In this document: positions 1 to 9,998 of the stretch, piece by piece
Layout of the letters: the number at the start of each line of letters is the position of its first letter
Position numbering within the stretch: position 1 is the stretch's first letter
Assembly: GCA_963822445.1 (NCBI GenBank)
Contig: CAWGHO010000002.1
Span: 2,176,001-2,240,000 of the forward strand
Source: an uncultured Acidobacteriota bacterium
Lineage (GTDB): Bacteria; Acidobacteriota; Thermoanaerobaculia; Gp7-AA8
Direction: 5' to 3'
DNA: 64,000 nucleotides
Notes under the pieces: generated by a model
What the model was told of the DNA's origin: nothing
Database searches by the model: none
What the model saw: only the letters and a program-made list of their open reading frames with translations
Program-made: the position numbers and the translations under genes

Positions 1-2
1 GC

Positions 3-467
3 TTGTTCGTGCTCGCATCGATCGCCGGAGGCGTCGGCTTCGTGATCACTGTGGTAGATCCCGGCAAGTATCGAAAAGCGGCTGTGCAAATGGCACGCGA
101 AGAGGAGGCACGACCAGCCCCCAAGGTGCCTTGGGAGGGCCTCCCTGAACTCCAAACCGTCAAACGCGGCGACTTTGCCGATGCGTTCATTAATCTCGAA
201 GAACTCGTGCGACAACTGTGGGAACACCGTACGCATGGAGAACGGCTGCGTAAGACCACAAGTTCAAGCCCTCCTGCCTTTCGTGAAATGCTGCAGGCAC
301 TCAACCTTTCTGAAGCCTTACCGCCTGCTCTCGCGAAGGAACTCGAGGCGCTGAACAGATATCGGAACCTTGTGTTTCACGGACACCTCAAGACTATTGA
401 CCCCGACATGGTGCATCGAGTGCGCGACGCCGTTACGGCAGTCGCCCAGTTGCTAAACGCGGGCTAA
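3..467 (+). CDS. Cassette protein with HEPN-like RxxxxH motif (5' partial)
   Basis: YRNLVFH motif in a helical C-terminus; stop codon lies in the attC R'' box. Confidence 0.6.
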   Translation: MFVLASIAGGVGFVITVVDPGKYRKAAVQMAREEEARPAPKVPWEGLPELQTVKRGDFADAFINLEELVRQLWEHRTHGERLRKTTSSSPPAFREMLQALNLSEALPPALAKELEALNRYRNLVFHGHLKTIDPDMVHRVRDAVTAVAQLLNAG

Positions 468-659
468 CTTTGGTGTGAAGCTGGCACGGCCCGGCTTCGG
501 CCCGGCAGCCGAGCTGCCTACGTCATCGCTAGCGTCACGGCGTCACGGCGGTTGCAGTTCGCCACTCGCAGCACGGCAATTCCTTGGCGGCAACCGCCGC
601 GCCGCTCCGGCTTCGGCACGCGGGCCCTGGCCGTGCAGCTTACACCAAGGACGTTCGGC
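462..659 (+). repeat. attC site 1
   Basis: GGCTAAC...GTTCGGC. Confidence 0.9.
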
Positions 660-760
660 GGACCGGCGTACGGGAACGGGGGAGGCCTGGCAACGGAAGA
701 CTGATAATCAGTCTGGTACACGAGGCATAACCATCGACGCGGCGCGATGCACTGGCGATG

Positions 761-1372
761 CTACGTTTTCGAGTTTTTCGTACGACCACGTTTTGGACGC
801 TCGCCGACCTTCACCGATAACACGGCCGCAAGCTCGATGAGCTGACTGCACGATTCCTCGAAAGCCGCCTGAATGGACTTGAGTTGCTGGAATGTCGCCG
901 CAGCCGAGTCTGACGCCTCGGGGGACGGCGGCCGCAGCAGCGCGTAGGTGGTTTGAGTCAAATAGCACTGCATCGCGGCCGTCAAAACTACGGTCGCCGC
1001 TGCATGAATCAGCTTTGACTGAAGTACTGTCGGGCAATCCAGCGGCCATGCGGTGTCGAGTCGCGCGAACGCTTTGCGAAACGCGTCGCTCTCGGTTCCG
1101 GCAAACTCGTGTGCTAGAGCATTCCGCATGTCGTTCCAAGCGAAGAGAACCTTGCGCGTTGCGTTCTCGCTCACCAATTCAACCAATGTTGCGAACCCGA
1201 AGCGCGGCACATCTTCGTGCGACGCCAGTAACCGAGACGCGGCAGCTGAAACCAATAAACGCTCGACCAGCATGTGCGTTTTCAATACAACCAGCTCAGG
1301 ATCTTCAATTTTATCTAGAACGCGCACCATCTGGGGCAAGTCGTTGAACCTGATTGAGCGCGTGATTGTCAT
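761..1372 (-). CDS. HEPN-like (RxxxxH) cassette protein, antisense to array
   Basis: VLKTHMLVERLL and MRNALAH motifs; ATG 1372 preceded by TAAGCT. Confidence 0.6.
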   Translation of the reverse strand: MTITRSIRFNDLPQMVRVLDKIEDPELVVLKTHMLVERLLVSAAASRLLASHEDVPRFGFATLVELVSENATRKVLFAWNDMRNALAHEFAGTESDAFRKAFARLDTAWPLDCPTVLQSKLIHAAATVVLTAAMQCYLTQTTYALLRPPSPEASDSAAATFQQLKSIQAAFEESCSQLIELAAVLSVKVGERPKRGRTKNSKT

Positions 1373-1490
1373 GTCGCTTAGCTTACGCGAAACAGCGCAC
1401 AAACCGCGGTCGTGTCGCCGAGACCTTAGATGGCCAAAAACCTGCGGCCGGAATACGACGCTTCACGGAGCGCACGTCCGACCTCGAGCC

Positions 1491-1679
1491 GCCGAACTAC
1501 TGCCAGAAGCTGGCAGCGGGCCGTTTGCCGCGCCCGCCGGCCGAGCCGGCTCGGTCGATCGAAGACGCACGGCGTCACGCCGCGTGCATCCGCGTCAAAC
1601 GGCAGTCGGCAGCACGCGGCGTGCCGCATCGCCGCACGCACGTGGGGCCTCGCTGCAGCTTAGGCGATAGACGTTGGGC
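1491..1679 (+). repeat. attC site 2
   Basis: GCCGAAC (complement of the preceding GTTCGGC)...GTTGGGC. Confidence 0.9.
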
Positions 1680-1970
1680 GGACCCGGCACGAAGACGTAG
1701 GCCCGACTTCCATTTTCGCGCTGGCAGTCGCACCGACTGAAGCGGCAGAGCCGCGCGCCAAGGCGTCCGCCACAATCGTTCGTCGTGGTACCCGCCCGGC
1801 CGCCGGCTTGTCGCAAGTGCAGCGCGCGAAACATGGTTCTCGTCGGCAGCCGGCCACAATCGCCTCAAGAGCCAAAATCCACGCCGGCCTGTCGGCCGAG
1901 CACGCGTTCCGCGTCCCTCACCATTGGGCGCGCGCGCTGCTCCCAAGCGCGCAAAGTTTTGCGTGTGGCC
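1674..1970. repeat. ORF-less cassette family A, copy 1
   Basis: ~297-bp body GGCGGAC...GTGTGGCC repeated 8 times in the window. Confidence 0.85.
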
Positions 1971-2160
1971 GCCCAACAACTCACAGCAGCTGTCGCGGCC
2001 CGGCTTCGGCCCGGCGGCCGAGCCGCCTGGGCCGAACAGTACCGGCGCGGCGTCACGCCGGCTGCAGATCGGTTCGTTCGTTAATCGCCGGCAGCCGGCG
2101 TGCCGCGCTGCAGTAGCCACGCGGGCCCTGGCCGCGCAACTGAGTGAGATGACGTTGGGC
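1971..2160 (+). repeat. attC site 3 (family-A subtype)
   Basis: GCCCAACAACTCAC...GTGAGATGACGTTGGGC. Confidence 0.9.
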
Positions 2161-2452
2161 GGACTCGGCACGAATAGGTAGGCCGGACTTCTATTACGCG
2201 TTGGCAGACGCACCGACTGAAGCGGCGGAGCCGCGCGCCAAGGCGTCCGCCACAATCGTTCGTCGTGGCTCCCGCCCGTCCGCCGGCTCGTCGCACGTGC
2301 AGCGCGCGCGAAGCATGATTCTCGTAGGCAGCCGGCCATAATCTCCGCGAGATCCAAGATCCGAGCCGGCCTTGCGGCCGAGCACGCGTTCCGCGTCCGC
2401 CATCATTCGGCGCGCGCGCTGCTCCCAAGCCCGGAAGGTCATGCGTGTGGCC
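2155..2452. repeat. ORF-less cassette family A, copy 2
   Basis: Homologous to copy 1, in tandem. Confidence 0.85.
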
Positions 2453-2642
2453 GCCCAACAACTCACAGCAGCTGTCGCGGCCCGGCTTCGGCCCGGCGCT
2501 GAAGCGCCTAGGCCGAACAGTACCGGCGCGGCGGCACGCCGGGCCGCAAATCGGTTCATTCGTTAATCGCCGGCAGCCGGCGCGCCGCGCTGCCGTAGCC
2601 GCGTGGGCCCTGGCCGCGCAGCTGAGTGAGATGACGTTAGGC
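2453..2642 (+). repeat. attC site 4 (family-A subtype)
   Basis: GCCCAAC...GTTAGGC. Confidence 0.9.
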
Positions 2643-2670
2643 TGATATCCCGAGATTCACGGTCGAGCTA

Positions 2671-3231
2671 TCAACGTTCATCGCCCAGTGATCGCAGCGC
2701 GAGGGGTCGTAGCGCCTGGAGTAAGTCGTCAGCTGAGTAGGCGCGTCCGGCCGTGACGCCTCTGGGGGCCGGAGCCATCGGGATGATTAGGTCATCCGTC
2801 TCGGAGTGAAGCCACAACGCCACCACGTACACAGCCGGAATCTTCAGAAGGCGAAGCTCAAAGTCTCCTCGTTGGACCTCATCCAACGCTTCTGCTGTAG
2901 TCAGCGCCTCTATAGTTGCTTGTACAAAGGGTCCATCGTTGACTTCAGAAAACGCAAGCCCACCATCTCCCTTGTCGCTAAGCTCGGCTGCCGAAACCGC
3001 GGCCTCCTGCGTGACGAGCAGGTATCGCCACGCAACCGGAACGGCAGTCGACAGCAGAACGTCCCGGAGAATTGCTTCGCGCCCGATCGTGTAAACTCGA
3101 TGAGGTTGTGTAACGTATTGAGGAGTCGAATCTGCCGCAGCCGAAAAGCGACCTCGTGAAGTGGTTCCGAAGCCGTGCTGGCTGAGTAGCTCCCGGCCCG
3201 GCGTCGGCGGTGGTGGTAAGTGTATCGGCAT
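2671..3231 (-). CDS. Hypothetical protein, partner of the adjacent cysteine protease
   Basis: 186 aa; AGGAG RBS; 11 bp downstream of the protease; ELRLLKIPAVYVVALWL segment. Confidence 0.75.
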   Translation of the reverse strand: MPIHLPPPPTPGRELLSQHGFGTTSRGRFSAAADSTPQYVTQPHRVYTIGREAILRDVLLSTAVPVAWRYLLVTQEAAVSAAELSDKGDGGLAFSEVNDGPFVQATIEALTTAEALDEVQRGDFELRLLKIPAVYVVALWLHSETDDLIIPMAPAPRGVTAGRAYSADDLLQALRPLALRSLGDER

Positions 3232-3242
3232 GCTGGCTCCTT

Positions 3243-3860
3243 CTACTTTCGCACGGACCGTCGTTTAGTCGAGGCGTCGGGAGGTGCCGGTTGCGTTTCA
3301 TAGGCATGAGTCCACGTTCCGGTGCCTTGATACGCGTTCCGAAAAACGTCCGCGCTGACGATCGAATCGCCATACCAAGGGTCTTTCAATATGAAAGACG
3401 CTTTACCGTAATCGTAGCCCGTGATCACGACAAAGTGGCCCCCGCCTCCGCTCCAACCCACACGTGCACCTATCGGCCGGTTGTCGTCAATCTCCCGCAC
3501 AACTTCCTCAAACGCCTTCGCCTCATGAACAAACCGTTTGAGGTTCCCCGTCAAAGCTAGAACGGAATCCAGATACCACCAGCGGTTGCATTCAGGGCGC
3601 TCCGGATCGGAACAGCAGTCGGTCCGCTGGAGGGCAGCGTTCGCGATGACGCACTGGCTGGTCCACTTGGTAGCCGAATCGTAAAATTGGGCAACGCTTC
3701 GCGCGACAGCTGCCCAGCACCACTGGTCATACTGCTGACGTTCGCCTACGTACCGCACTATTTCGCGCGACCTCTCTGCCTCCGCAGACATCGTAGAGAT
3801 GCGGCGAGGAGTGGGCACCAGCGGTTCGAGGCCGACCTGAAGAACGGAAGGAAGAGGCAT
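3243..3860 (-). CDS. Papain-like (C39-like) cysteine protease
   Basis: QQYDQWCWAA, GHFVVITGY and DPW catalytic motifs. Confidence 0.85.
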   Translation of the reverse strand: MPLPSVLQVGLEPLVPTPRRISTMSAEAERSREIVRYVGERQQYDQWCWAAVARSVAQFYDSATKWTSQCVIANAALQRTDCCSDPERPECNRWWYLDSVLALTGNLKRFVHEAKAFEEVVREIDDNRPIGARVGWSGGGGHFVVITGYDYGKASFILKDPWYGDSIVSADVFRNAYQGTGTWTHAYETQPAPPDASTKRRSVRK

Positions 3861-3902
3861 ACGTAAGTTCCTGCACCATTTTACGAGACTCTGGAGCGGA
3901 CA

Positions 3903-4089
3903 GCCTAACTACTGCCCGCAGCTGTCAGCGGCCCGTTTGCCGCGCCCGGGGCTGAAGCCCCTCGATCCTACCAAGGCGCACGGCGGCACGCCGCTCGCAG
4001 ATCGGTCGACGTCAATCGCGGCGAGCGGCGCGCCGCTCTGCCCGCGCGCGCATGGGGGCTCGCTGCAGCTGAGGCGACAGACGTTAGGC
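3903..4089 (+). repeat. attC site 5
   Basis: GCCTAAC...GTTAGGC. Confidence 0.9.
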
Positions 4090-4371
4090 GCACGAATCAC
4101 ATTTTCCGTATCCGCGCGCTTTCCATGAACCGCGTACCGGGACGGTCAGCGCCTGGCCGAATCGTCGCCCCAGGAGCGTCCGTTCGATGTATGCGAGCAT
4201 TCAGCTTTCCGCGGCGTTACGGTTGCAGCGGTCGCATTTTGAACGGTCACGATATCATCGGTGCATCGACTCGCGACACGTTGTACTACGCTGTGGGAGT
4301 TGCAGGTCGGGCGAGATGCCCCTTCGCGTTGCCGGTGGTTCGCCGGCAGAAGACCGGGGCGTGGAGGTCGG

Positions 4372-4989
4372 ATGGCCGTAGACCCGAAGGTTAAGGCTTT
4401 AGGCGAACGATTGCTCGCCTTCATGGCGGAGTTTCGTGCTGAAACGGATCGGGCGGCAGCAATTGTCGGTGCGGCCAAGCTTGACTACCTTCTTTATCAG
4501 CTACTCAGTAAATTTCTGCTTCCGCCCACATCAAACAACGACGATTTTCTCGAGGGCGATGCACCTCTCTCGACATTCAGCGCGCGCATTCATGCATGCT
4601 TTCGACTCGGTCTGATTGACGCGCAGTTTGCCAGAGCACTGCACATGATTCGACGCTTACGGAACACATTTGCGCATGAGCCATCCAGCTGCTCATTTCA
4701 ATCGGGTCCACATCACGATCGAGTTCGCGAACTTGTCAATCCGTTCGCGAATAACCCAGGATTTCTGGATATGCGCACCGTGTTCGCTCACGACAAGCCC
4801 GGCGCGGCAGGCTACTTCTACACCATTCTTGGCATATTGATCGTTGGACTAGAAGCGAAGATCGACGAAGTCGTAATGTTGAAGCCGGGTGAGCCCCGTC
4901 AGGTGATTCCTTCATCCTACACGGAGCGTTCACTGGATCGCGACGCCGACGGCAAGCTGGTCAATCTCAAGAAATCCGACGGCGCCTAA
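4372..4989 (+). CDS. MltR/MtlR-like HEPN-domain protein
   Basis: ETDRAAAIVGAA, PLSTFSARI and IRRLRNTFAH motifs; GGAGG before ATG 4372. Confidence 0.8.
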   Translation: MAVDPKVKALGERLLAFMAEFRAETDRAAAIVGAAKLDYLLYQLLSKFLLPPTSNNDDFLEGDAPLSTFSARIHACFRLGLIDAQFARALHMIRRLRNTFAHEPSSCSFQSGPHHDRVRELVNPFANNPGFLDMRTVFAHDKPGAAGYFYTILGILIVGLEAKIDEVVMLKPGEPRQVIPSSYTERSLDRDADGKLVNLKKSDGA

Positions 4990-5183
4990 CTACTGCCAGG
5001 AGCTGTCGGCGGGCCGTTTGCCGCGCCCGGCGCTGAAGCGCCTCGTTCAGCGTCGAATGGCCGGCGGCACGCCGGCCGACATGCTCTCGCGCCGCTGATC
5101 GCGGCGCGACTCACTGCAGCCGTCGCGCCGCGCCGCCGCACGCACGTGGGGCCTCGCCGCAGCTCAGGCGATAGACGTTGGGC
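4984..5183 (+). repeat. attC site 6
   Basis: GCCTAAC...GTTGGGC. Confidence 0.9.
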
Positions 5184-5477
5184 GGACTCGGCACGAAGAA
5201 GGTAGGCCCGACTTCCATTTACGCGTTGACAGTCGCACCGACCGAAGCGGCGGAGCCGCACGCCAAGGCGTCGGCCACAATTTTTCGTCGTGGCACCCGC
5301 CCGCCCGCCGGCTTGTCGCACGTGCAGCGCGCGCGAAGCATGATTTTCGTCGCCAGCCGGCCACAACATCCTCGAGACGCATCAGCGAGGCCGGCCTGTC
5401 GGCCGAGCACGCATTCCGCGTCCGGCACCATTTGGCGCGCGCGCTGCTCCCAAGCGCGCAAGGTTATGGGTGTGGCC
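5178..5477. repeat. ORF-less cassette family A, copy 3
   Basis: Homologous to copy 1. Confidence 0.85.
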
Positions 5478-5666
5478 GCCCAACAACTCACAGCAGCTGT
5501 CGCGGCCCGGCTTCGTCCCGGCGCTGAAGCGCCTGGGCCGAACAGTACCGGCGCGGCGGCACGCCGGCCGCAATTCGGTTCATTCGTTAATCGCCGGCGG
5601 CCGGCGCGCCGCGCTGCCGCAGCCACGCGGGCCCCGGCCGCGCAGCTGAGTGAGATGACGTTGGGC
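5478..5666 (+). repeat. attC site 7 (family-A subtype)
   Basis: GCCCAAC...GTTGGGC. Confidence 0.9.
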
Positions 5667-5954
5667 GGACCCGGCACGAAGACGTAGGCCCGACTTCTAT
5701 TTTCGCGTTGGCAATCGCACCGACTGAAGCGGCGGAGCCGCGCGCCAAGGCGTCCGCCCCAATTCTGGTCGTGGCACCCGCCCGTCCGCCGGCTTGTCGC
5801 ACGTGCAGCGCGCGCGAGGCGTGGTTTTGCGTAGGCCGGTGACCACAAACCTCGAGACGCAGCGACGAAGCGGGCCTTCGGCCACGCGCGCTCCGCGTCA
5901 TGCACGATCGGGCGCGCGCGCTGCTCCCAAGCGCGGAAAGTTATGCGTGTGGCC
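5661..5954. repeat. ORF-less cassette family A, copy 4 (variant centre)
   Basis: Homologous ends; central segment shared with copy 7. Confidence 0.85.
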
Positions 5955-6144
5955 GCCCAACAACTCACAGCAGCTGACGCGGCCCGGCTTCGGCCCGGCG
6001 GCCGAGCCGCCTAGGCCGAACAGTACCGGCGCGGCGGCACGCCGGCCGCAAATCGGTTCATTCGTTAATCGCCGGCAGCCGGCGCGCCGCGCTGCCGCAG
6101 TCGCGTGGGCCTTGGCCGCGCAGCTGAGTGAGATGACGTTGGGC
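5955..6144 (+). repeat. attC site 8 (family-A subtype)
   Basis: GCCCAAC...GTTGGGC. Confidence 0.9.
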
Positions 6145-6435
6145 GGACTCGGCACGAAGAGGTAGGCCCGACTTCCATTTACGCGTTGGCAGTCGCACCG
6201 ACCGAAGCGGCGGAGCCGCGCGCCAAGGCGTCCGCCACAATTGTTCGTCGTGGTACCCGCCCATCCGCCGGCTCGTCCCACGTGCAGCGCGCGCGAAACA
6301 CATTCTTTCGTAGGCCGGTCGCAATCGCCGCGATTGCCGCGATCCCCGCCGGCCTGTCGGCCGAGCACGCATTCCGCGTCCGTCACCATTCGGCGCGCGC
6401 GCTGCTCCCAAGTGCGCAAAGTTATGCGTGTGGCC
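6139..6435. repeat. ORF-less cassette family A, copy 5
   Basis: Homologous to copy 1. Confidence 0.85.
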
Positions 6436-6625
6436 GCCCAACAACTCACAGCAGCTGTCGCGGCCCGGCTTCGGCTCGGCGGCCGAGCCGCCTAGGCCGA
6501 ACAGTACCGGCGCGGCGTCACGCCGGCTGCAGTTCGGTTCATTCGTTAATCGCCGGCAGCCGGCGCGCCGCGCTGCCGTAGCCACGCGGGCCCTGGCCGC
6601 GCAGCTGAGTGAGATGACGTTAGGC
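6436..6625 (+). repeat. attC site 9 (family-A subtype)
   Basis: GCCCAAC...GTTAGGC. Confidence 0.9.
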
Positions 6626-6681
6626 TGAACGCTCCAAGAGCGCACACCTCTCTCGACCTCACGATCTATTAAGCTGAGCCA

Positions 6682-7539
6682 ATGGATGAACGAAGCCTGC
6701 GCGACGCACTCTTTCAAAGTACGGTTCGTATCGTAGTGACCAGTCGCCGCGAGGGCTCAACCATTCGACTCGTCGATCCACCCGAGGTGGCCACGGGCTT
6801 TCTGCTGCAACCCCCGACGCGAGTGGTCGCGAAGCCTCAGATATTCGTCGTCACCGCCGCGCATGTTGTTGAAGATGCGGAGGATGCGAGCATTTACTTC
6901 TTTCGGAGGGTACCTGGGCCTGACGGATCTAGACTGTTCGAATTCAGACGGAAGGCTTTCTTCGGAGAACTCTGGCATTACTCGACCGACAGAGAACTAG
7001 ACATCGCCGTTACGCCAGTCGCACCCAGTAGTGAAATCGCCAGCGCCGTTCAAGACGTGCAGGCGCAGCTTACGGCTTTCATGTTGTACGACGGCCGATT
7101 AGACTCGCACGGACATCCATTCAAAACGCACGACTTTGAAGAGGTGTTATTTGCAGGCTACCCCCGAGGATATTGGGATCCTTTGTCCGGCTCACCGATC
7201 GTCAGGCGTGGCGTGACAGCGACGCCGCTTAGCGTGGACTACCATGGCGCCCCAGCATTCCTGGTCGACGGGGCGGTGTACCCCGGCTGCAGCGGCGGAC
7301 CGGTGGTGGTCATTGAGCAAGAAGTCATTGTGCCATTCGGCCTACCTGTCGAATGGATCGAATATCAGACAATCCGGCTTGAGGAGCGGTTCAGGTTTCT
7401 GGGCATGATCACGCACGTTCAGCATGAGCAAGGCAATCCCCACGCGCTCCTTAATCTGGGTCGTGCGATCAAGGCGGACGCAATCTTCAGCACGATCCGC
7501 CACTATACGCAGCTCACAGATAGCCGAGGGTCAGCCTAA
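6682..7539 (+). CDS. Trypsin-like serine protease
   Basis: ATGF, VTAAHV, LDIAV and YPGCSGGPV motifs. Confidence 0.85.
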   Translation: MDERSLRDALFQSTVRIVVTSRREGSTIRLVDPPEVATGFLLQPPTRVVAKPQIFVVTAAHVVEDAEDASIYFFRRVPGPDGSRLFEFRRKAFFGELWHYSTDRELDIAVTPVAPSSEIASAVQDVQAQLTAFMLYDGRLDSHGHPFKTHDFEEVLFAGYPRGYWDPLSGSPIVRRGVTATPLSVDYHGAPAFLVDGAVYPGCSGGPVVVIEQEVIVPFGLPVEWIEYQTIRLEERFRFLGMITHVQHEQGNPHALLNLGRAIKADAIFSTIRHYTQLTDSRGSA

Positions 7540-7721
7540 CTACTGCCAGAAGCTGCCGGCGGGCCGTTCGCCGCGCCCGGCGGCCGAGCCGCCTACTACC
7601 TCTCGAGATGCGCGGCGTCACGCCGCTTGCATCCGCGTCAACGTCAAATGCGGCAAGCGGCGCGCCGCTCTGCCCGCAGGCACCGGGGGCCTCGCCGCAG
7701 CTTAGGCGATAGACGTTAGGC
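7534..7721 (+). repeat. attC site 10
   Basis: GCCTAAC...GTTAGGC. Confidence 0.9.
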
Positions 7722-7729
7722 CGACGAAG

Positions 7730-9154
7730 TCAAAGCGGATTCCAAAGGGACGCCTCGTAGTGGTTATTAGGAATAAAGTTGAGCGTCCAGTCTTGAATAT
7801 CTGTGGGCGCTATCACATGGCCGTCCGCGGATTTACATTCATTCTTGAAGCGCATATCACATTCGACCAAAAAGCCGTTCTTGTGAACCCCGCGCAAGAC
7901 AGGAACACGAGGGAGTTCACGGGCAACGGTAGGATCGGCGACGAGCGCTCCCGCGAATGCGTAGAACTTTCTTTCGTCAGTGGCCGCGTGACGTAAGGCG
8001 GCGGCCGCGAAGTCATTGTAGAGAGATTGGTCATAGCGTGATAATCGAACCCATAGATGCCGTGACACCGTAGGCAAGCCTTGTGTGTAGTCGGCGTACC
8101 AAGCGTCCATCAGCATGACAAGCTCATTGTGGTCGAGAGCGGACGCGTTGTGGGTTGAAAGTGCGTACAGATAGCGTGAGCACCGCTCTAGAACGGTGAG
8201 TAGAACCTGCCGGCTCTCGGAGTCACGCGCCAGACCAAGCACTCGCAGCGGCTCCAATGACTGCGTACGCTTTCGCTCGAGTATGAGCGCGCCGAGACGT
8301 CCCGCGGTTTGGTAGTGCGCGTCATTGCTAATCGTGGCTAGCGATACCAATTCTGTCGCGTCGAGCTGCTCCGAGCGTGTCCACGCCATTACGGCCGCCC
8401 GAACTACGTAAATGTCAGCTTCATCACGAAACTCACGTTCCTTCGATCGGCCAGCGAGTGCATCCCGTACAGCCTGCAAGACGGAGGTGCGATCTGACCC
8501 GTTCCGCGAGTTCATCAAGATCTTGCGACCAATATTCTTAGTAGCGGAATCTGTGGTGTGTTGCACTGTCGCTCGTGCCGCGTCGAGCAGTTCAGCCTCC
8601 GTCTTCGCGGCATCGACGTCGTAATAGGCGCCTGCCCCGAGGTGTGGTGCGTATAGTCCTGAATCGTACAGTAGTAAGGCAACACGCATAGCAGGTGCGG
8701 CGCTCGCTCGGTCGCGAATCGCTTCAGTTAAGGCGGCGATTTCGGCATTCGTCGGTCGCGGGACTACCTTTTCCCTCCAGCCCACACCGCGCTGTCTCTG
8801 AACCAACTGCGTCTGATACTCCCATTTAGAAAGTACGAGCTGGCGACGCGTCCGACCGAGTTCGTCCATGTATACCTTCATGATAGGATCTGATCGCAGG
8901 CGTTCCTGAAGCAGAACGTCGATCCGGCTAGACATTTCACTCGTGGTGCGAATGCCGAAAAGGAGAAGCCCAACGGAGATGGCGGTGATTACGAGTCCCA
9001 GTAGCCAGCACACGAACTTGATGGACGTCCTCTCAAACTCGTAGGTCTTTTGTACAGTTTCCGAAAAAACACTCCAACGGCGTGTGAGTTCCTCATCGAG
9101 ATGCTTGCGAAGCTCCAACTCGAGTCCGGTAGCAGTATCTTTCGTCTCATCCAT
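7730..9154 (-). CDS. Hypothetical single-pass membrane protein
   Basis: ~474-aa ORF filling the cassette; N-terminal TM; AGGAG RBS. Confidence 0.75.
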   Translation of the reverse strand: MDETKDTATGLELELRKHLDEELTRRWSVFSETVQKTYEFERTSIKFVCWLLGLVITAISVGLLLFGIRTTSEMSSRIDVLLQERLRSDPIMKVYMDELGRTRRQLVLSKWEYQTQLVQRQRGVGWREKVVPRPTNAEIAALTEAIRDRASAAPAMRVALLLYDSGLYAPHLGAGAYYDVDAAKTEAELLDAARATVQHTTDSATKNIGRKILMNSRNGSDRTSVLQAVRDALAGRSKEREFRDEADIYVVRAAVMAWTRSEQLDATELVSLATISNDAHYQTAGRLGALILERKRTQSLEPLRVLGLARDSESRQVLLTVLERCSRYLYALSTHNASALDHNELVMLMDAWYADYTQGLPTVSRHLWVRLSRYDQSLYNDFAAAALRHAATDERKFYAFAGALVADPTVARELPRVPVLRGVHKNGFLVECDMRFKNECKSADGHVIAPTDIQDWTLNFIPNNHYEASLWNPL

Positions 9155-9223
9155 GGTCACGGCTCCTATCGTAGGAGTGTCCCGCGCGTACGACTTCCCT
9201 ACCTCCCGAATGAACGCGCCGCG

Positions 9224-9411
9224 GCCTAACTACTGCCAGGAGCTGTCGGCGGGCCGTTTGCCGCGCCCGGCGGCCGAGCCGCCTAGCGCGTCCCGAGAGG
9301 CATGGCGTCACGCCGCTTGCAACCGCGTCAACGTCAAATGCGGCAAGCGGCGTGCCGCTGTCGCCGCATGCATGCGGGGCCTCGCCGCAGCTCAGGCGAT
9401 AGACGTTAGGC
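9224..9411 (+). repeat. attC site 11
   Basis: GCCTAAC...GTTAGGC. Confidence 0.9.
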
Positions 9412-9675
9412 CGACGAGCCAGAGTCGCTCCTCAGCGGCTTCCGTGAATCTCCGCGACGTGGGCGCGTATGCACGTTTCTCAGCAGCGTATGCCTCGCAG
9501 GACGGCGGCCGACGACCGCGTTCCTCCGAAGCGCGCGGAACCCATTCAAGGTTCAGGCATCAGTCCTGCACCACCGCAAGGTTACGCCTAGGCGCCGCCG
9601 GTAAGGGTGTCTAACTGGCCTTGCTCTTTCCCGCTTTACTCCGTTGGCAGACGGGGAAATTTACGAGCGTCCGCA

Positions 9676-9694
9676 GCCGCCCATTCGACTCTCA
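9676..9694 (+). promoter_or_regulatory. 19-bp direct repeat copy 1 (candidate ECF promoter element)
   Basis: GCCGCCCATTCGACTCTCA, identical to 9952-9970. Confidence 0.45.
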
Positions 9695-9730
9695 TCTTTA
9701 AAGCGGCTCGGCCTCTGAAAGGAGGTCCAT

Positions 9731-9895
9731 ATGCCTCGGCAACGCGGTCAGCGTCCGTCGTATCGCCGCTGGAAAGTTGAGTTCTTCAGCTCGGACAACA
9801 GCGATCGTCGTTTGACGTGGATCGAGTGGTTAGGTCTCATCCTAACCATCTTCGGATTACTGCTGACGCTCGGTTTCGGCTTAGGCCTGCTCTGA
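9731..9895 (+). CDS. 54-aa small membrane protein (not in ORF track)
   Basis: AAAGGAGG RBS; MPRQRGQRPSYRRW...WLGLILTIFGLLLTLGFGLGLL; hairpin follows the stop. Confidence 0.65.
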   Translation: MPRQRGQRPSYRRWKVEFFSSDNSDRRLTWIEWLGLILTIFGLLLTLGFGLGLL

Positions 9896-9901
9896 GGAAA
9901 C

Positions 9902-9931
9902 GGGGTCCGCCGCTAGCAGGCGGCGGACCCC
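9902..9931 (+). terminator. GC-rich hairpin after the small ORF
   Basis: GGGGTCCGCCGC...GCGGCGGACCCC; no clear U tract. Confidence 0.45.
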
Positions 9932-9951
9932 AAGTCGGTGAACGGTTTAGC

Positions 9952-9970
9952 GCCGCCCATTCGACTCTCA
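9952..9970 (+). promoter_or_regulatory. 19-bp direct repeat copy 2 (candidate ECF promoter element)
   Basis: Identical to 9676-9694; upstream of the sigma gene. Confidence 0.45.
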
Positions 9971-9998
9971 ACTTGGTAGACACGCAATTCACGGAAGG

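Noticed and set aside
1575-6717. Many Arg/Ala/Pro-rich ORFs across attC sites and family-A cassettes
   Set aside because: They are GC-rich palindrome read-throughs; frames shift between copies and cross recombination sites.
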